Of a DNA stretch of 64,000 nucleotides, positions 48,891 to 59,158 are shown one piece after another (position 1 is the first letter of the stretch; every line of letters begins with the position of its first letter). The position numbers and the translations under genes are program-made. This stretch comes from Bacilli bacterium (lineage in GTDB: Bacteria; Bacillota; Bacilli; JACDOE01): the NCBI GenBank assembly GCA_041686735.1, contig JAWLDF010000005.1, forward strand, positions 70,029-134,028. The letters are read 5' to 3'. The notes below the pieces were generated by a model. The model did not search any database. It was given only the letters and a program-made list of their open reading frames with translations, and was not told where the DNA came from.

Positions 48891-49682
48891 TTAATAACCG
48901 TTGGGGCGCCCGTAACTTCTGGCAAAACGCATCATGGTCTTATACATGGTTTTGTCCGAAAACCATTTGAGGGGATAAAATTGCGGACGACGTGAATTGA
49001 CTTCTATCACCCAGATATGATGGCCGGAGTCGATGGTCACATCTATACCCATTTCATGCATACCCGGATATTTACTGTTGAGGGTCTCGGCGATTTCCTT
49101 GCCCAGTTTCGCCAGTCTCTCTTGCATATCTTCGATCGCGGATTCATTCATTCCGAATCCTGTCAGCGTGTTTTCAAGGGTGTCCAGTTTCCCCCCCTGA
49201 TGATAATTGGTCACAATCTTTCCGGGAGCACCGATTTTGGAAAAAATGCCTGTACATGTCCATGGTCCGCGGGGTCTTCGCTGCATCATCATTCTCAAAT
49301 CAAAAGGGCGTCCGTTTGACGTGCCCAGTTCGATCCCTTCCTGAACAATGTACTTTTTCCCGGCGATTCTTGCTTTCATCAGCCGGAATAAATTGCCGAG
49401 TTGTTTAATCTGAACCTTTTTTGTCCCATCATGCAATAAATAACCGTTTGATAGACGCTCGACTCTCATCACACCCTTGCCATGCGTACCGATATTGGGT
49501 TTCGCATATAAGACCGGATACTGTTGAATCATTTTCTTTAGATTTGGCAGGGTGAGCCAATTTGTCTCCGGAAGATGTTGACGGATTTTGGCGTGCTGAC
49601 TCAGGAGATTGTGTACCTTCCACTTGCTTCGTACATGCCGGCTTTTGTAGTTTTTCACGATGTCATCACCTCTTAGTATCAT
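48891..49682 (-). CDS. YheC/YheD-family ATP-grasp-like protein (paralog 2)
   Basis: YAKPNIGTHGKGVMRV...PFDLRMMMQRR...HHIWVIEVNSRRP parallels paralog 1. Confidence 0.7.
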   Translation of the reverse strand: MILRGDDIVKNYKSRHVRSKWKVHNLLSQHAKIRQHLPETNWLTLPNLKKMIQQYPVLYAKPNIGTHGKGVMRVERLSNGYLLHDGTKKVQIKQLGNLFRLMKARIAGKKYIVQEGIELGTSNGRPFDLRMMMQRRPRGPWTCTGIFSKIGAPGKIVTNYHQGGKLDTLENTLTGFGMNESAIEDMQERLAKLGKEIAETLNSKYPGMHEMGIDVTIDSGHHIWVIEVNSRRPQFYPLKWFSDKTMYKTMMRFARSYGRPNGY

Positions 49683-49775
49683 ACATTCCTGGGTGTATGT
49701 CAGAAACGGTAAACGCCCATTTCGGGCAAAATGGGCGATGACACAGTGTATGTATATTTTTGTGATGAGAGAGGG

Positions 49776-50441
49776 TTATTGAAACGGTGTAATCGTGAGA
49801 TCTACGCTCCCCATTGCATCTCCATTTCCCGCATAAATATAAAAAGCATTCAGATATTGATTGGGGTTGGGTATGGTAAACGTCTCCCCTTTACGAACCC
49901 GCTGCGAAAAAAACACGCTGTCCATATCACTCCGGTTAACCAGAGCCTGTACATCAACGACATCCTTATCCGTCCCGCGCTGTTCAAACCGTTGCAATGT
50001 TTCCGCGTCATAATGAATCGCATTTACGGTAACCGATAATTTATTATATCCTGCAGGCAGAACCACTCGAAAAGTTTGATAAGAACGGTCAAAATAAAAA
50101 CTCATGTTCCGTTTTTCTCCGGGCTTTAAAGCCATGGTATGAAAACTGATTTTTTGTTCCTGTTCGTTCCAGGAAATTGCCGTGCGGGAATGTTCGGCAA
50201 CAAACCGCAACGGAACATAGGTTGTCCCCTCATAAATGAAACTGGTGGGTACGGTCGTTTTCCCGTTAAAAAACGTCTGTGACTCTACAAGATCATTTTC
50301 ACTGAACTGAAATTTCAGGTTCCAGCGTTCGACGCGAATGGTCTCGTAATAATACGCGGAGGTTGTCAACGGGATCGCCAGTAAAAAACCAATGACAAAT
50401 CCGATGAATCCTTTTTTCAAGGCCGGGTCATCTCCTCTCAA
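49776..50441 (-). CDS. Membrane-anchored protein with copper-amine-oxidase N-terminal-like (stalk) domain
   Basis: YVPLRFVAEHSRTAISWNEQEQKISF resembles Cu_amine_oxidN1. N-terminal TM. Confidence 0.5.
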   Translation of the reverse strand: MRGDDPALKKGFIGFVIGFLLAIPLTTSAYYYETIRVERWNLKFQFSENDLVESQTFFNGKTTVPTSFIYEGTTYVPLRFVAEHSRTAISWNEQEQKISFHTMALKPGEKRNMSFYFDRSYQTFRVVLPAGYNKLSVTVNAIHYDAETLQRFEQRGTDKDVVDVQALVNRSDMDSVFFSQRVRKGETFTIPNPNQYLNAFYIYAGNGDAMGSVDLTITPFQ

Positions 50442-50471
50442 GTTCAGATCGTATAAAAAATCGGGGAGTGG

Positions 50472-50690
50472 TTACCCCCCGATTACTGGAAGAAGCAAAT
50501 GGATGCGATCCCCTTCCCGAAGAAGGTGGTGTTCATCAACAATCCGGTCATTGACCGTGACCAGGGTCTCCTGATTCCATCCAACATTGAGACTTTCCAC
50601 AAAATTTTTGATGTTGAGACCTTCTTCAATGCGATGTTTTCCTGTTAAATCCTGTCGCCAGGGGATTAATGATATCACATCAACCTGCAT
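50472..50690 (-). CDS. MoaD/ThiS-family ubiquitin-like sulfur-carrier-type protein (C-terminal GG)
   Basis: About 72 aa from MQVDV, ending ...LLLPVIGG. A GGAGTGGAAAG RBS lies inside the 3' end of the AOR gene, and the start overlaps the AOR stop. Confidence 0.6.
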   Translation of the reverse strand: MQVDVISLIPWRQDLTGKHRIEEGLNIKNFVESLNVGWNQETLVTVNDRIVDEHHLLREGDRIHLLLPVIGG

Positions 50691-52392
50691 GAACACTTTC
50701 CACTCCGATAGTGAATAATTCATCCTGATCCACATCAAACACGGTACCGCTTGCGGGATTCACTTCTTCATAGAAATGTTCGGGCAGACGGTCATGGGCT
50801 CTGGTAAATCCGGCACGACGGTTAAAATCATGTTCTTCCTTCAAGGTTTGTTTGGCCAGATTTTTAATATCATCCGCCGTTACTTCAACTCCCACATATC
50901 CGGTAATCATGCGCGCAAGCATGTCAAAATGTTTACCGACGGCAGATGCAGCAAAGAAACAGATTCCCAGACTGTCATAGATGGTATTGAGTACCTGGGA
51001 CTTCTTAGAAGCCTCAACCTGTCCCTCCGGCGAATGGTGATCCATTTGCGCACGGATAGTCTGACCTGCGGTGTGGTCTGCTCCCATGGGGGATGTGGCA
51101 TAGGTGACACCCAGACCCTTAATGGCACGCGGATCATAGGCCGGCATAGCCTGTCCTTTTACAGTCGGTACTTTACGCACGCCGTAGATTTTACCGACCA
51201 GTTCGGCTCCGCCGCCGATAATACGTCCCATCGGAGTTCCTTTTTCCACTTCCAGCATGAGATTACGGGCTCCTTCAAAATCGCCGAATTCCAACAGGCC
51301 CGCTTCCATGGCGACACCAATGGCCGCACCGGTTTCGATCGTATCAATACCAATCTCATTACAGAGACGGTTCAATTCAACAATTTGGTCCATGTTGCCG
51401 ATGCCCAAGTTGGACCCCAAAAGCCCGATATTTTCATATTCAATCGGGGAAGTTACCGCTTTTCCCTGCTCGTCGGGATAGATATTGGAACAACGGATGG
51501 CACATCCCGGCATACAGTTGTGGGTCGGTGTTCCTTCTCCGCCCCGTTCAAGAATGATTTCACGCAGGGTTTCCCCGCTGATTTCCTTATAATGTTCGAA
51601 ACTTCCAGTTGAAAAATTGCGTGTAGGAAGCGCACCCAGTTTATTGGTGGTGCGAACCATAGCTGCCGTACCCAGTTCAGGGAAGAACTTGCCTGTTCCC
51701 GGATTTTCTCTAAGGTTGGTGGTGTACTGTTTCATCGCTTCCTTAAACATTTCCGGATCTTTCGGGCGATTACGTTCCACCCCTTCATCGTTAAACACAA
51801 TCGCTTTGATCCCCTTGGAACCGGCTACGGCACCCATTCCGCCCCGTCCGCAAAAACGGGTGGGAGATCCGTCCTTATCGGCATTGGCCATGGCCGCCGT
51901 GTTCATTTTCATTTCACCGGACACGCCGATCATATAATACCCGACGTTTTTTCCGTAACGGTCATATAAAACCCGAGCTGCTTCACTCATCGATTTTCCC
52001 AGAAGATCATCGGCTTTTTCAAATTTCACACCGTCTTTATCAATGTACACCGTGTAAAAATCGTCGCGAATGCCTTCAAAAATAATGGCACGAAGCCCCA
52101 GTCTGCCCATCTTGAGACCGGCCGTTCCTCCGGCATTACTTTCCTTGATTCCTCCGGTCAGCGGACTCTTGGCACCCAGTGAACTTCTTTCCGCACTGGA
52201 AGCCATCGATCCTGTCAATACCCCGTTGGCCAGTACTAATTTATTATGAGGCCCGAGGGGATGGCAGGTTGCAGGCACTTCATCATGAATAATCCTTGAA
52301 GTGAGGGATCTTCCGCCAAGTAAAAGCTGCTCCTTTGCTACCTCTTCTTCCTGATACGTCAATTGACTCATATTAATTCGCAGTATTTTCAT
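50680..52392 (-). CDS. Aldehyde:ferredoxin oxidoreductase family (tungsto/molybdopterin, 4Fe-4S)
   Basis: N-terminal MKILRINMSQ..., AOR_N and AOR pterin-binding blocks, and the Fe-S cysteines in CMPGCAIRC. About 570 aa. GGAG RBS. Confidence 0.85.
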   Translation of the reverse strand: MKILRINMSQLTYQEEEVAKEQLLLGGRSLTSRIIHDEVPATCHPLGPHNKLVLANGVLTGSMASSAERSSLGAKSPLTGGIKESNAGGTAGLKMGRLGLRAIIFEGIRDDFYTVYIDKDGVKFEKADDLLGKSMSEAARVLYDRYGKNVGYYMIGVSGEMKMNTAAMANADKDGSPTRFCGRGGMGAVAGSKGIKAIVFNDEGVERNRPKDPEMFKEAMKQYTTNLRENPGTGKFFPELGTAAMVRTTNKLGALPTRNFSTGSFEHYKEISGETLREIILERGGEGTPTHNCMPGCAIRCSNIYPDEQGKAVTSPIEYENIGLLGSNLGIGNMDQIVELNRLCNEIGIDTIETGAAIGVAMEAGLLEFGDFEGARNLMLEVEKGTPMGRIIGGGAELVGKIYGVRKVPTVKGQAMPAYDPRAIKGLGVTYATSPMGADHTAGQTIRAQMDHHSPEGQVEASKKSQVLNTIYDSLGICFFAASAVGKHFDMLARMITGYVGVEVTADDIKNLAKQTLKEEHDFNRRAGFTRAHDRLPEHFYEEVNPASGTVFDVDQDELFTIGVESVHAG

Positions 52393-52442
52393 AGTATACA
52401 CTCCTCTCCTCCCATCACTGCATTACTTCTATCTTACCATCT

Positions 52443-53678
52443 TTATGATTTGACGTGAATATGCATGTGCATTTCTTCCTCTGATTCCCACTTACCATTC
52501 TTCAATTGAACATAAACCCATATCGTGTTGACAAAAAACATTACGGCTGAAAAAACAAATAAACTTCGTATTCCCGCCCAACCGCTCAATACACCGCCCA
52601 CGACCGGCCCCAGCATATTTCCCAAAAACATGCTGCTGGTACTGTATCCATATGCCCTGCTCTCCATCCCTTCCGGTGCGTGTTTTCTCACAAGGGAATT
52701 GACGGAGGGAAGCAGTCCTCCCAGACACATTCCCAGTAAAAACCTTACGATAAGCAACTGCCATTCATTCACCACAAAAATATGGGGAACGGAAAACAAC
52801 GTTGCCCCGGCGAGGCTGTAGAACAGGACGCGATGTGAACCCGAATGATCTCCGATGCGTCCGAGAACCGGGGAAAACAGCATGTTGGCAAAACCGGTGA
52901 TGGACATGGCCAGCCCGGAAAAAAGCGCCACATACCCTCCGCCGCCGATCAGTTCGTTCACAAATATCGATAAAAAGGGAATGGTGCCCATCAGGGCAAA
53001 TTGAATCATAAACCCGGTTCCCATCAAAACACGAAGGGGACGGATACTGAAGATCGTGCGAAAATCGGTCCAGATATTGCCCTCCTGTTTTTTCTTCGGA
53101 TCGGGCCGGTTTTGTTCCTTGACCAGCATCAGGACCATGGCCGTGGATAAAAATAGTAATGTCCCGGTAACCGTAAAGATCATCCGGTATCCGAACATCT
53201 CCGCCATCATTCCGCCCAGAAACGGTCCCAGAATCGAGCCCGCCACCCCGCCGGAGTTTAAAGTTCCAAGGGCAAATCCGACCCGTTCTTTTGGTGTGTT
53301 TGTAGACATTAAGGCGATCGAAGCGGGAATAAATCCGGAGATTACTCCGTTCAACAGCCGTAACATCAAAAGATGGGCCGGAGACATGGCAAATCCCATC
53401 AAACCGGTGACCAGCGCCATCCCGAATCCGGATCGTAAAATCATAATTTTACGCCCTTTTTTATCGGCGAGATTTCCCCAGATCGGAGCAAATAGAAAAG
53501 CCGTAAGAAAATTGGCCCCAAAAATAATACCGGCCCAGAGATTTAATTCCCGGGCACCGGTGACTCCTAAATCCTCTTTTAAATACAGAGGGAGAAACGG
53601 CATGATCAGACTCATCGCCGCCATCACCAAAAACTGCGCAAACGTCAATATCAACAGATTGCGTTTCCAAACCGGCAT
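52443..53678 (-). CDS. MFS transporter
   Basis: 411 aa, 12 TM, GRKIMILRSG loop motif. Confidence 0.8.
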   Translation of the reverse strand: MPVWKRNLLILTFAQFLVMAAMSLIMPFLPLYLKEDLGVTGARELNLWAGIIFGANFLTAFLFAPIWGNLADKKGRKIMILRSGFGMALVTGLMGFAMSPAHLLMLRLLNGVISGFIPASIALMSTNTPKERVGFALGTLNSGGVAGSILGPFLGGMMAEMFGYRMIFTVTGTLLFLSTAMVLMLVKEQNRPDPKKKQEGNIWTDFRTIFSIRPLRVLMGTGFMIQFALMGTIPFLSIFVNELIGGGGYVALFSGLAMSITGFANMLFSPVLGRIGDHSGSHRVLFYSLAGATLFSVPHIFVVNEWQLLIVRFLLGMCLGGLLPSVNSLVRKHAPEGMESRAYGYSTSSMFLGNMLGPVVGGVLSGWAGIRSLFVFSAVMFFVNTIWVYVQLKNGKWESEEEMHMHIHVKS

Positions 53679-53780
53679 GGAAAGTCATCTCCTTACATGG
53701 ACCCATTATACTCCTCTTTTGCAAAAAAATCATCCGCGGGACACATAGATGAATGACTCTCCAGCCGGTCGGCAATCAGT

Positions 53781-55124
53781 TTATTTTTTCTTAACGGCGA
53801 CCCCTGCAGCCTGTTGAATCGGACTCCATACAGTGGAAAAAGGCGGTGCATAGGCGAGATCAAGTTCCTGTAGTTGGCGCAGTGTTAACTCCTGGTACAT
53901 AGCAGTGGCAAGTACATCCACCTGTTTGTCCACGCCCTCATATCCCACGAATTGTCCGCCGATCACTTTCTGCTCGTCCCGCGTGAATAAAAGTTTCACA
54001 TACAACGGTTTTGCATCCGGGTAATAGTGGGCGTGTTGCAGAGATTTAACGGAAACCACATCAAAATCGATACGGGCCTGTTCCGCTTCCCGTTCTCCCA
54101 TTCCGGTGCGCGCCACCTGCAAATCCATCACTTTAAACACGGCGGTACCCATGACGCCGGCAAAGCGGGCATATCCTCCCGCCATATTGGTGCCGGCCAC
54201 CCTTCCCTGCTTGTTGGCATGGGTTCCGAGGGGAACGTAATCATCTTCCTGTTTCAATCGGTGATACTGTACGGCACAGTCCCCGGCGGCATAGATGTCG
54301 GGCACACTCGTTTCCATTTTTTGATTCACCCGAATGGCTCCGCGTATCCCTGTTGCCACTCCCGCCTGTGCGGCAAGTTCACTGTTCGGTTTCACCCCTA
54401 CCGCCACCAGAACGAGATCGGCGGGATAGGAACCCTGATCAGTCACAACCGATAATCCATGCTCAGTCTTTTTGATTTCTCTCACTTCTTCATTTAACTT
54501 CAGGTTAATATGGCTACTGATATATTCCCTGACATGCTCCGATATGTCCGCATCCAGCGCCGTGCCGACCTGCCCTGTTTTTTCAATGACGGTCACATCC
54601 AGGTTACGGGCAGTGAGGGCTTCAGACATCTCCAATCCGATATAGCCGGCACCGATGATGACCGCCTTCCGTACTGGCTGTTGTTCCATATAGAGAGCGA
54701 TTTTTTTCGCATCCGCCATCGTTTTTAAGACAAAAACGCCATCTTCGTCCACTCCCGGCCACGGTGGAACAATCGGAACTGCTCCGGTGGCGATCAGCAA
54801 TTTATCATAAGGTTGATCGAAGGTTTCTCCCTTCGCCAGGTTTTTGACAGTTACGAATTTATTGGCCGGATCGATGCGGATAACTTCATGGTATGAACGG
54901 GCATCAATCTTGTTTTTTTCCCGAAACTGTTGTTCCGTACGGGCAACCAGTTTGTCCGGTGACGGTACGACCCCTTCCAGATAGTAGGGAAGTCCGCATT
55001 GAGCATAAGAAAAAGTATCTCCCTTTTCAAAAGCGAAAACTTCGGCATCCGGATCCAGTCTTTTGATCTGGGTCGCGGCACTCATGCCGGCTGCATCTCC
55101 ACCTATAATCACATACTTTGTCAT
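53781..55124 (-). CDS. CoA-disulfide reductase / NADH oxidase family flavoprotein
   Basis: GGDAAG FAD motif, redox-active single cysteine in SYAQCGLPY, second GxGxxG NAD motif (IIGAGYIGLE). 447 aa. Confidence 0.8.
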   Translation of the reverse strand: MTKYVIIGGDAAGMSAATQIKRLDPDAEVFAFEKGDTFSYAQCGLPYYLEGVVPSPDKLVARTEQQFREKNKIDARSYHEVIRIDPANKFVTVKNLAKGETFDQPYDKLLIATGAVPIVPPWPGVDEDGVFVLKTMADAKKIALYMEQQPVRKAVIIGAGYIGLEMSEALTARNLDVTVIEKTGQVGTALDADISEHVREYISSHINLKLNEEVREIKKTEHGLSVVTDQGSYPADLVLVAVGVKPNSELAAQAGVATGIRGAIRVNQKMETSVPDIYAAGDCAVQYHRLKQEDDYVPLGTHANKQGRVAGTNMAGGYARFAGVMGTAVFKVMDLQVARTGMGEREAEQARIDFDVVSVKSLQHAHYYPDAKPLYVKLLFTRDEQKVIGGQFVGYEGVDKQVDVLATAMYQELTLRQLQELDLAYAPPFSTVWSPIQQAAGVAVKKK

Positions 55125-55141
55125 GATCTGACACCCCTTTA

Positions 55142-56299
55142 CTATGGATTGTTTAAGCGATAGACTCGCATGATTTGTTCCGTTGTCTGCACAATCAAAT
55201 CATAAGACTCAGTAATTGCCTCATTCAGTTCCATCGGACGGTTGATAATGCTGAATACAGCCTCGATCCCTATATCCTGTACTCCCCCGAGATCGTCACC
55301 GATGCTGCCGACAACGGCAATCACAGGGACCTGAAATCGACCGGCCCGCCTGGCTACTCCTGCGGGAGCCTTACCGCTTAAGGTTTGCCCGTCCATTTTC
55401 CCTTCCCCTGTAATCACCAGGTCAGTTCCGGGTAAAACATCATTTAACCCGATTGTATCCATAACGAGGTCAATCCCATGATTCATTGTTCCCTTAAACA
55501 ATGAGAGAAAAACGGATGCAATCCCTCCGGCCGCACCAGAGCCGGGTAAATTCCTGACAGAAACGGCAGCAACCTTTTCGAGGATATCTACATAGTGAGT
55601 CAGGTTCAGTTCCAGTTTTTCCACCATATCCGGATCAGCACCTTTTTGCGGTGCAAATACACGGACAGCCCCTCTCTCACCCAGTAAGAGATTATTCACA
55701 TCAGAAGCAAGGGTGAACTCTGTTTCATCAAGACGTGCATCCCTGCCGCCGGTTTCTATCCGTTCTAATCGTGCAAGTGCTCCTCCCCCGGGAGGCAGAT
55801 CTTTCCCTTCTGCATCGAGCAATCGTATCCCCAGCGCCTGTAGAATTCCCGCCCCTCCGTCACTTGTCGCGCTTCCTCCCAGACCGAGGATCATTCGGCG
55901 ACATCCCTGATCAAGGGCATGTACGATCAGCTGGCCGGTCCCGTAACTGGATGCATGCCAGGGATTCCTCTCCTTTTCCTGCAAAAGCGGGAGACCTGAA
56001 GCAGCCGCAGTCTCTATCACCGCTGTTTTTATCCCCCGTTCATCGTCAATCACGCCGAATTTTGCCCGAATCGGTCGCATCAACGGATCCATCACTTCCG
56101 CATCCACATACCGGCCCCCCATGGCTTCCACCAGACAGTCGACCGTGCCTTCGCCACCGTCGGCGAGAGGTTTTTTCACAACGCGAGCACCGGGACAACC
56201 ACGGATCACCCCTTCCTCCATTGCCTCAGCTACCTTCGGACTGAGCAGGCTTCCTTTGAAAGAATCCGGAGCTATCAAAATTTTCAATCTCCTGATCAC
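55142..56299 (-). CDS. Glycerate kinase
   Basis: IAPDSFKGSL...ADGGEGTV...GxGK family blocks. 385 aa. Confidence 0.85.
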   Translation of the reverse strand: MIRRLKILIAPDSFKGSLLSPKVAEAMEEGVIRGCPGARVVKKPLADGGEGTVDCLVEAMGGRYVDAEVMDPLMRPIRAKFGVIDDERGIKTAVIETAAASGLPLLQEKERNPWHASSYGTGQLIVHALDQGCRRMILGLGGSATSDGGAGILQALGIRLLDAEGKDLPPGGGALARLERIETGGRDARLDETEFTLASDVNNLLLGERGAVRVFAPQKGADPDMVEKLELNLTHYVDILEKVAAVSVRNLPGSGAAGGIASVFLSLFKGTMNHGIDLVMDTIGLNDVLPGTDLVITGEGKMDGQTLSGKAPAGVARRAGRFQVPVIAVVGSIGDDLGGVQDIGIEAVFSIINRPMELNEAITESYDLIVQTTEQIMRVYRLNNP

Positions 56300-56453
56300 C
56301 TCCGCCCCCGGAAGTTTATGTTTACCTCTATCATGTCCATTGTACCATGATCTCCCATCTCAATTTTAAAAGAAAAATGAAAAGAGAATGAACAGTCCTC
56401 CATGCTTTAGGACCATTCATTCTCACCCGTACATATCTTTCGACAAAACCGGA

Positions 56454-57731
56454 TCAACTTTCCGTGCTGCACCATTTTACCAGGGTATTGGCTACGATTT
56501 CCGCACATTCAAAAACCCTGTCCAGTTCAATATATTCATTGGGAAAATGGGCCATCGCAGTAACTCCGGGTCCGAATACAATCGACGGCGTTTCCCCCAC
56601 CCGGGTCAACAAACCGCCGTCCGTTCCCCACGGAGAAGCCTCCACTACCGGGTCTTTATGTAAAATACGGCGGTAACTGTCGGTTAATACATTCATCAGT
56701 TCATGTTCCGGATCAATCGATCCGGGAACCCAGCGGGCACCGAACCATTCCAGTTGCGGCGGATGCTGTTTAAACCATTCATCCTCCTGTTTCAGGGATT
56801 CCAGGCAGCGTGCCATTTCCTCTTTTGCATCTTCCATGCTTTCGTGAGGGGCAACTCCCATCCGGCCCTCAAGCGTCACCAGGTCGGCTACGGAAGATGG
56901 CCATTCTCCCCCGCGAATCACACCGACATTGATCGGGATCGGGATGGGAATGGCATTATAAAGGGGATCATCAATACGATCATTCCGTTCTTTTTCCAGT
57001 TGACGAACAACTTCAACCACTTTCATCGATTTTTCTATGGCACTTACCCCTTCATAGCGGGTACCACCGTGGGCTGAACGTCCCTTCACTTTAATGCGGA
57101 ACCACATTGAACCCTGTTGCTTCGGAAAAATTTTCATCTGTGTCGGTTCCGGAATCAGTGCCGCATCCGCTCTGTATCCCCGCAGCACCGTAGCCAGCGT
57201 ACCGGCTCCGCCGCTCTCTTCTTCGACTACACTTTGAAAAATGACATCTCCTTTAAGGCGAACGCCCAGCTCTTTTAAACACTGGATGGCGGCCATCAGA
57301 GCGACGTTGCCTCCTTTCATATCGGTGACGCCACGTCCGTACATTTTCCCGTCTTCCACCTTGCCGCTGAAGGGATCAAGTTCCCATTGCTCAGGGTCAC
57401 CTGCAGGAACCACGTCAATATGGCAGTTGAGAATGATGGAACGCCCGCCGCCTTTTCCTTTCCATACGCCGACAACATTGGGGCTTCCTTCAAACCGAGT
57501 ACGAGGCGAATAAAAATAAGGATGTTTTTTTAGCGCTTCTCCGTCCGGTTCCCAGACGTCCACTTCCAGTCCCATTTCGTACAGCCGCTCAGCCACGATT
57601 TCCTGAGCCTGCTTCTCATTACCCTGAGTACTGTCAGCCTGTACTACTTTTTGCAAAAAGCGTATCACTTCATCACGATTGGTTTCCATCCATTGATGGA
57701 TAAGTTCCCCTAATTGTTGTTCCTGTGTCAA
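56454..57731 (-). CDS. M20-family metallo-deacylase (ArgE/DapE-like; position-equivalent to yodQ)
   Basis: Metal-binding HIDVV, GVTDMKGG and EEESGG motifs. Confidence 0.8.
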   Translation of the reverse strand: MTQEQQLGELIHQWMETNRDEVIRFLQKVVQADSTQGNEKQAQEIVAERLYEMGLEVDVWEPDGEALKKHPYFYSPRTRFEGSPNVVGVWKGKGGGRSIILNCHIDVVPAGDPEQWELDPFSGKVEDGKMYGRGVTDMKGGNVALMAAIQCLKELGVRLKGDVIFQSVVEEESGGAGTLATVLRGYRADAALIPEPTQMKIFPKQQGSMWFRIKVKGRSAHGGTRYEGVSAIEKSMKVVEVVRQLEKERNDRIDDPLYNAIPIPIPINVGVIRGGEWPSSVADLVTLEGRMGVAPHESMEDAKEEMARCLESLKQEDEWFKQHPPQLEWFGARWVPGSIDPEHELMNVLTDSYRRILHKDPVVEASPWGTDGGLLTRVGETPSIVFGPGVTAMAHFPNEYIELDRVFECAEIVANTLVKWCSTES

Positions 57732-57778
57732 TATCCTCCCTCCTCGATCTATAAAAAATTAATTCTCATCCGAATCTC

Positions 57779-58441
57779 TCACTCAAAAACCTCTAATTGA
57801 TCAGGAATGATCAGTTCTGCCCCGGTGGAACCCACCACCTGATCCACTGTAACATGTTTATGCATTTCTTTCAGAATCAATCCTTCTTCCTCTACCCCGA
57901 TGACGGCCATTTCGGTGATAATCATATTGACACAGCGCGGAGCGGTTAACGGCAAAGAGCATGTTTCAAGAATCTTGGGACTTCCGTTCTTACTGGTATG
58001 ACTGGTCGTAATGATCACTTTTTTCGCCTTCTGGGCAAGATCGATCGCACCGCCCATGCCGGGAACCCGTTTGCCCGGAACGATCCAGTTGGCCAGATCG
58101 CCGCGACTGCTCACTTCCAGCGCACCGAGAATGGTCATGTCAAGCAATCCTCTGCGGATTATACCGAAAGCCACCGAACTGTCAAAATAGGATGCCCCTT
58201 TGACCGCAGTCACCGGAAATCCTCCCGCATTACACAACATCGGATTTTCCTCTCCCGGCTTGGGAGAGGGACCGGAACCGAGAATCCCATTTTCCGCATG
58301 AAACATTACATATACATCCTCAGAAATATAGTCTGCCACCAGCGTAGGAATGCCGATGCCGAGATTGACAATCATTCCGTTTTTTACTTCTTTTGCTGCC
58401 CTGCGGGCGATGATGTGCCGGTAGTCGGTTCCCACATCCAT
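57779..58441 (-). CDS. 3-oxoacid CoA-transferase subunit B (yodR-like)
   Basis: VNLGIGIPT and the ENG (catalytic Glu) region of CoA-transferase B subunits. Confidence 0.85.
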   Translation of the reverse strand: MDVGTDYRHIIARRAAKEVKNGMIVNLGIGIPTLVADYISEDVYVMFHAENGILGSGPSPKPGEENPMLCNAGGFPVTAVKGASYFDSSVAFGIIRRGLLDMTILGALEVSSRGDLANWIVPGKRVPGMGGAIDLAQKAKKVIITTSHTSKNGSPKILETCSLPLTAPRCVNMIITEMAVIGVEEEGLILKEMHKHVTVDQVVGSTGAELIIPDQLEVFE

Positions 58442-59121
58442 CTCCAGTTCACCCCCTGACTGGGTATGACCATATCAACAAACGCACCCGGTGTTACAAT
58501 TTCTTCCGGATCCAGCTCTCCCATATCCACGATCTCATCCACCTCAGCAATGGTAAAATCTCCGGCCATGGCCACCAGCGGATTAAAGTTTCGCGCACTG
58601 GTATCATAGATCAGGTTGCCGTACGGATCAGCTTTCCTGGCATGGACAATTGCAATTTCCGCCGTAAGGGCAGTTTCAATCAAATAGGTTTTTCCGTTTA
58701 CGGTCGCCTTTTGTTTTCCTTCTTCGGCGATGGTACCCAGGCCTACATCAACCAGGATACCGCCGAGTCCCATCCCCCCGGCCCGCACCCGTTCGGCAAG
58801 TGTACCTTGAGGGGAAAATTCGACCTCCATTTTTCCACGGGTCATCAGCTCTCCGGCAACGGGATTGGAACCGATATGGGAGGCAATCACTTTTTTAACA
58901 CGTCCTGCCGTAACCAGACGCCCGATGCCGATATCGGGAAAAGCCATATCATTGCCGATAATGGTTAAATGATCGATTCCTTTATCGAGAATCCCCTGTA
59001 TAAGGGAAGGCGGATTACCTACACCGCCGAATCCGCCAAACATTAATGTCATTCCGCTATAAAAATGTTCCATTGCCTGTTCAAGCGTTGCTATTTTAGA
59101 TGGTAAGGATTCTTTCAACAT
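58384..59121 (-). CDS. 3-oxoacid CoA-transferase subunit A (yodS-like); its 3' end overlaps subunit B by 58 nt
   Basis: GGFGGVGNP motif. Start MLKESL with an AAAAGGGG RBS. The longer track start has none. Confidence 0.8.
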   Translation of the reverse strand: MLKESLPSKIATLEQAMEHFYSGMTLMFGGFGGVGNPPSLIQGILDKGIDHLTIIGNDMAFPDIGIGRLVTAGRVKKVIASHIGSNPVAGELMTRGKMEVEFSPQGTLAERVRAGGMGLGGILVDVGLGTIAEEGKQKATVNGKTYLIETALTAEIAIVHARKADPYGNLIYDTSARNFNPLVAMAGDFTIAEVDEIVDMGELDPEEIVTPGAFVDMVIPSQGVNWRWMWEPTTGTSSPAGQQKK

Positions 59122-59158
59122 TGTGACACCCCTTTTACGGTGTATCCTGAATTGCAGA

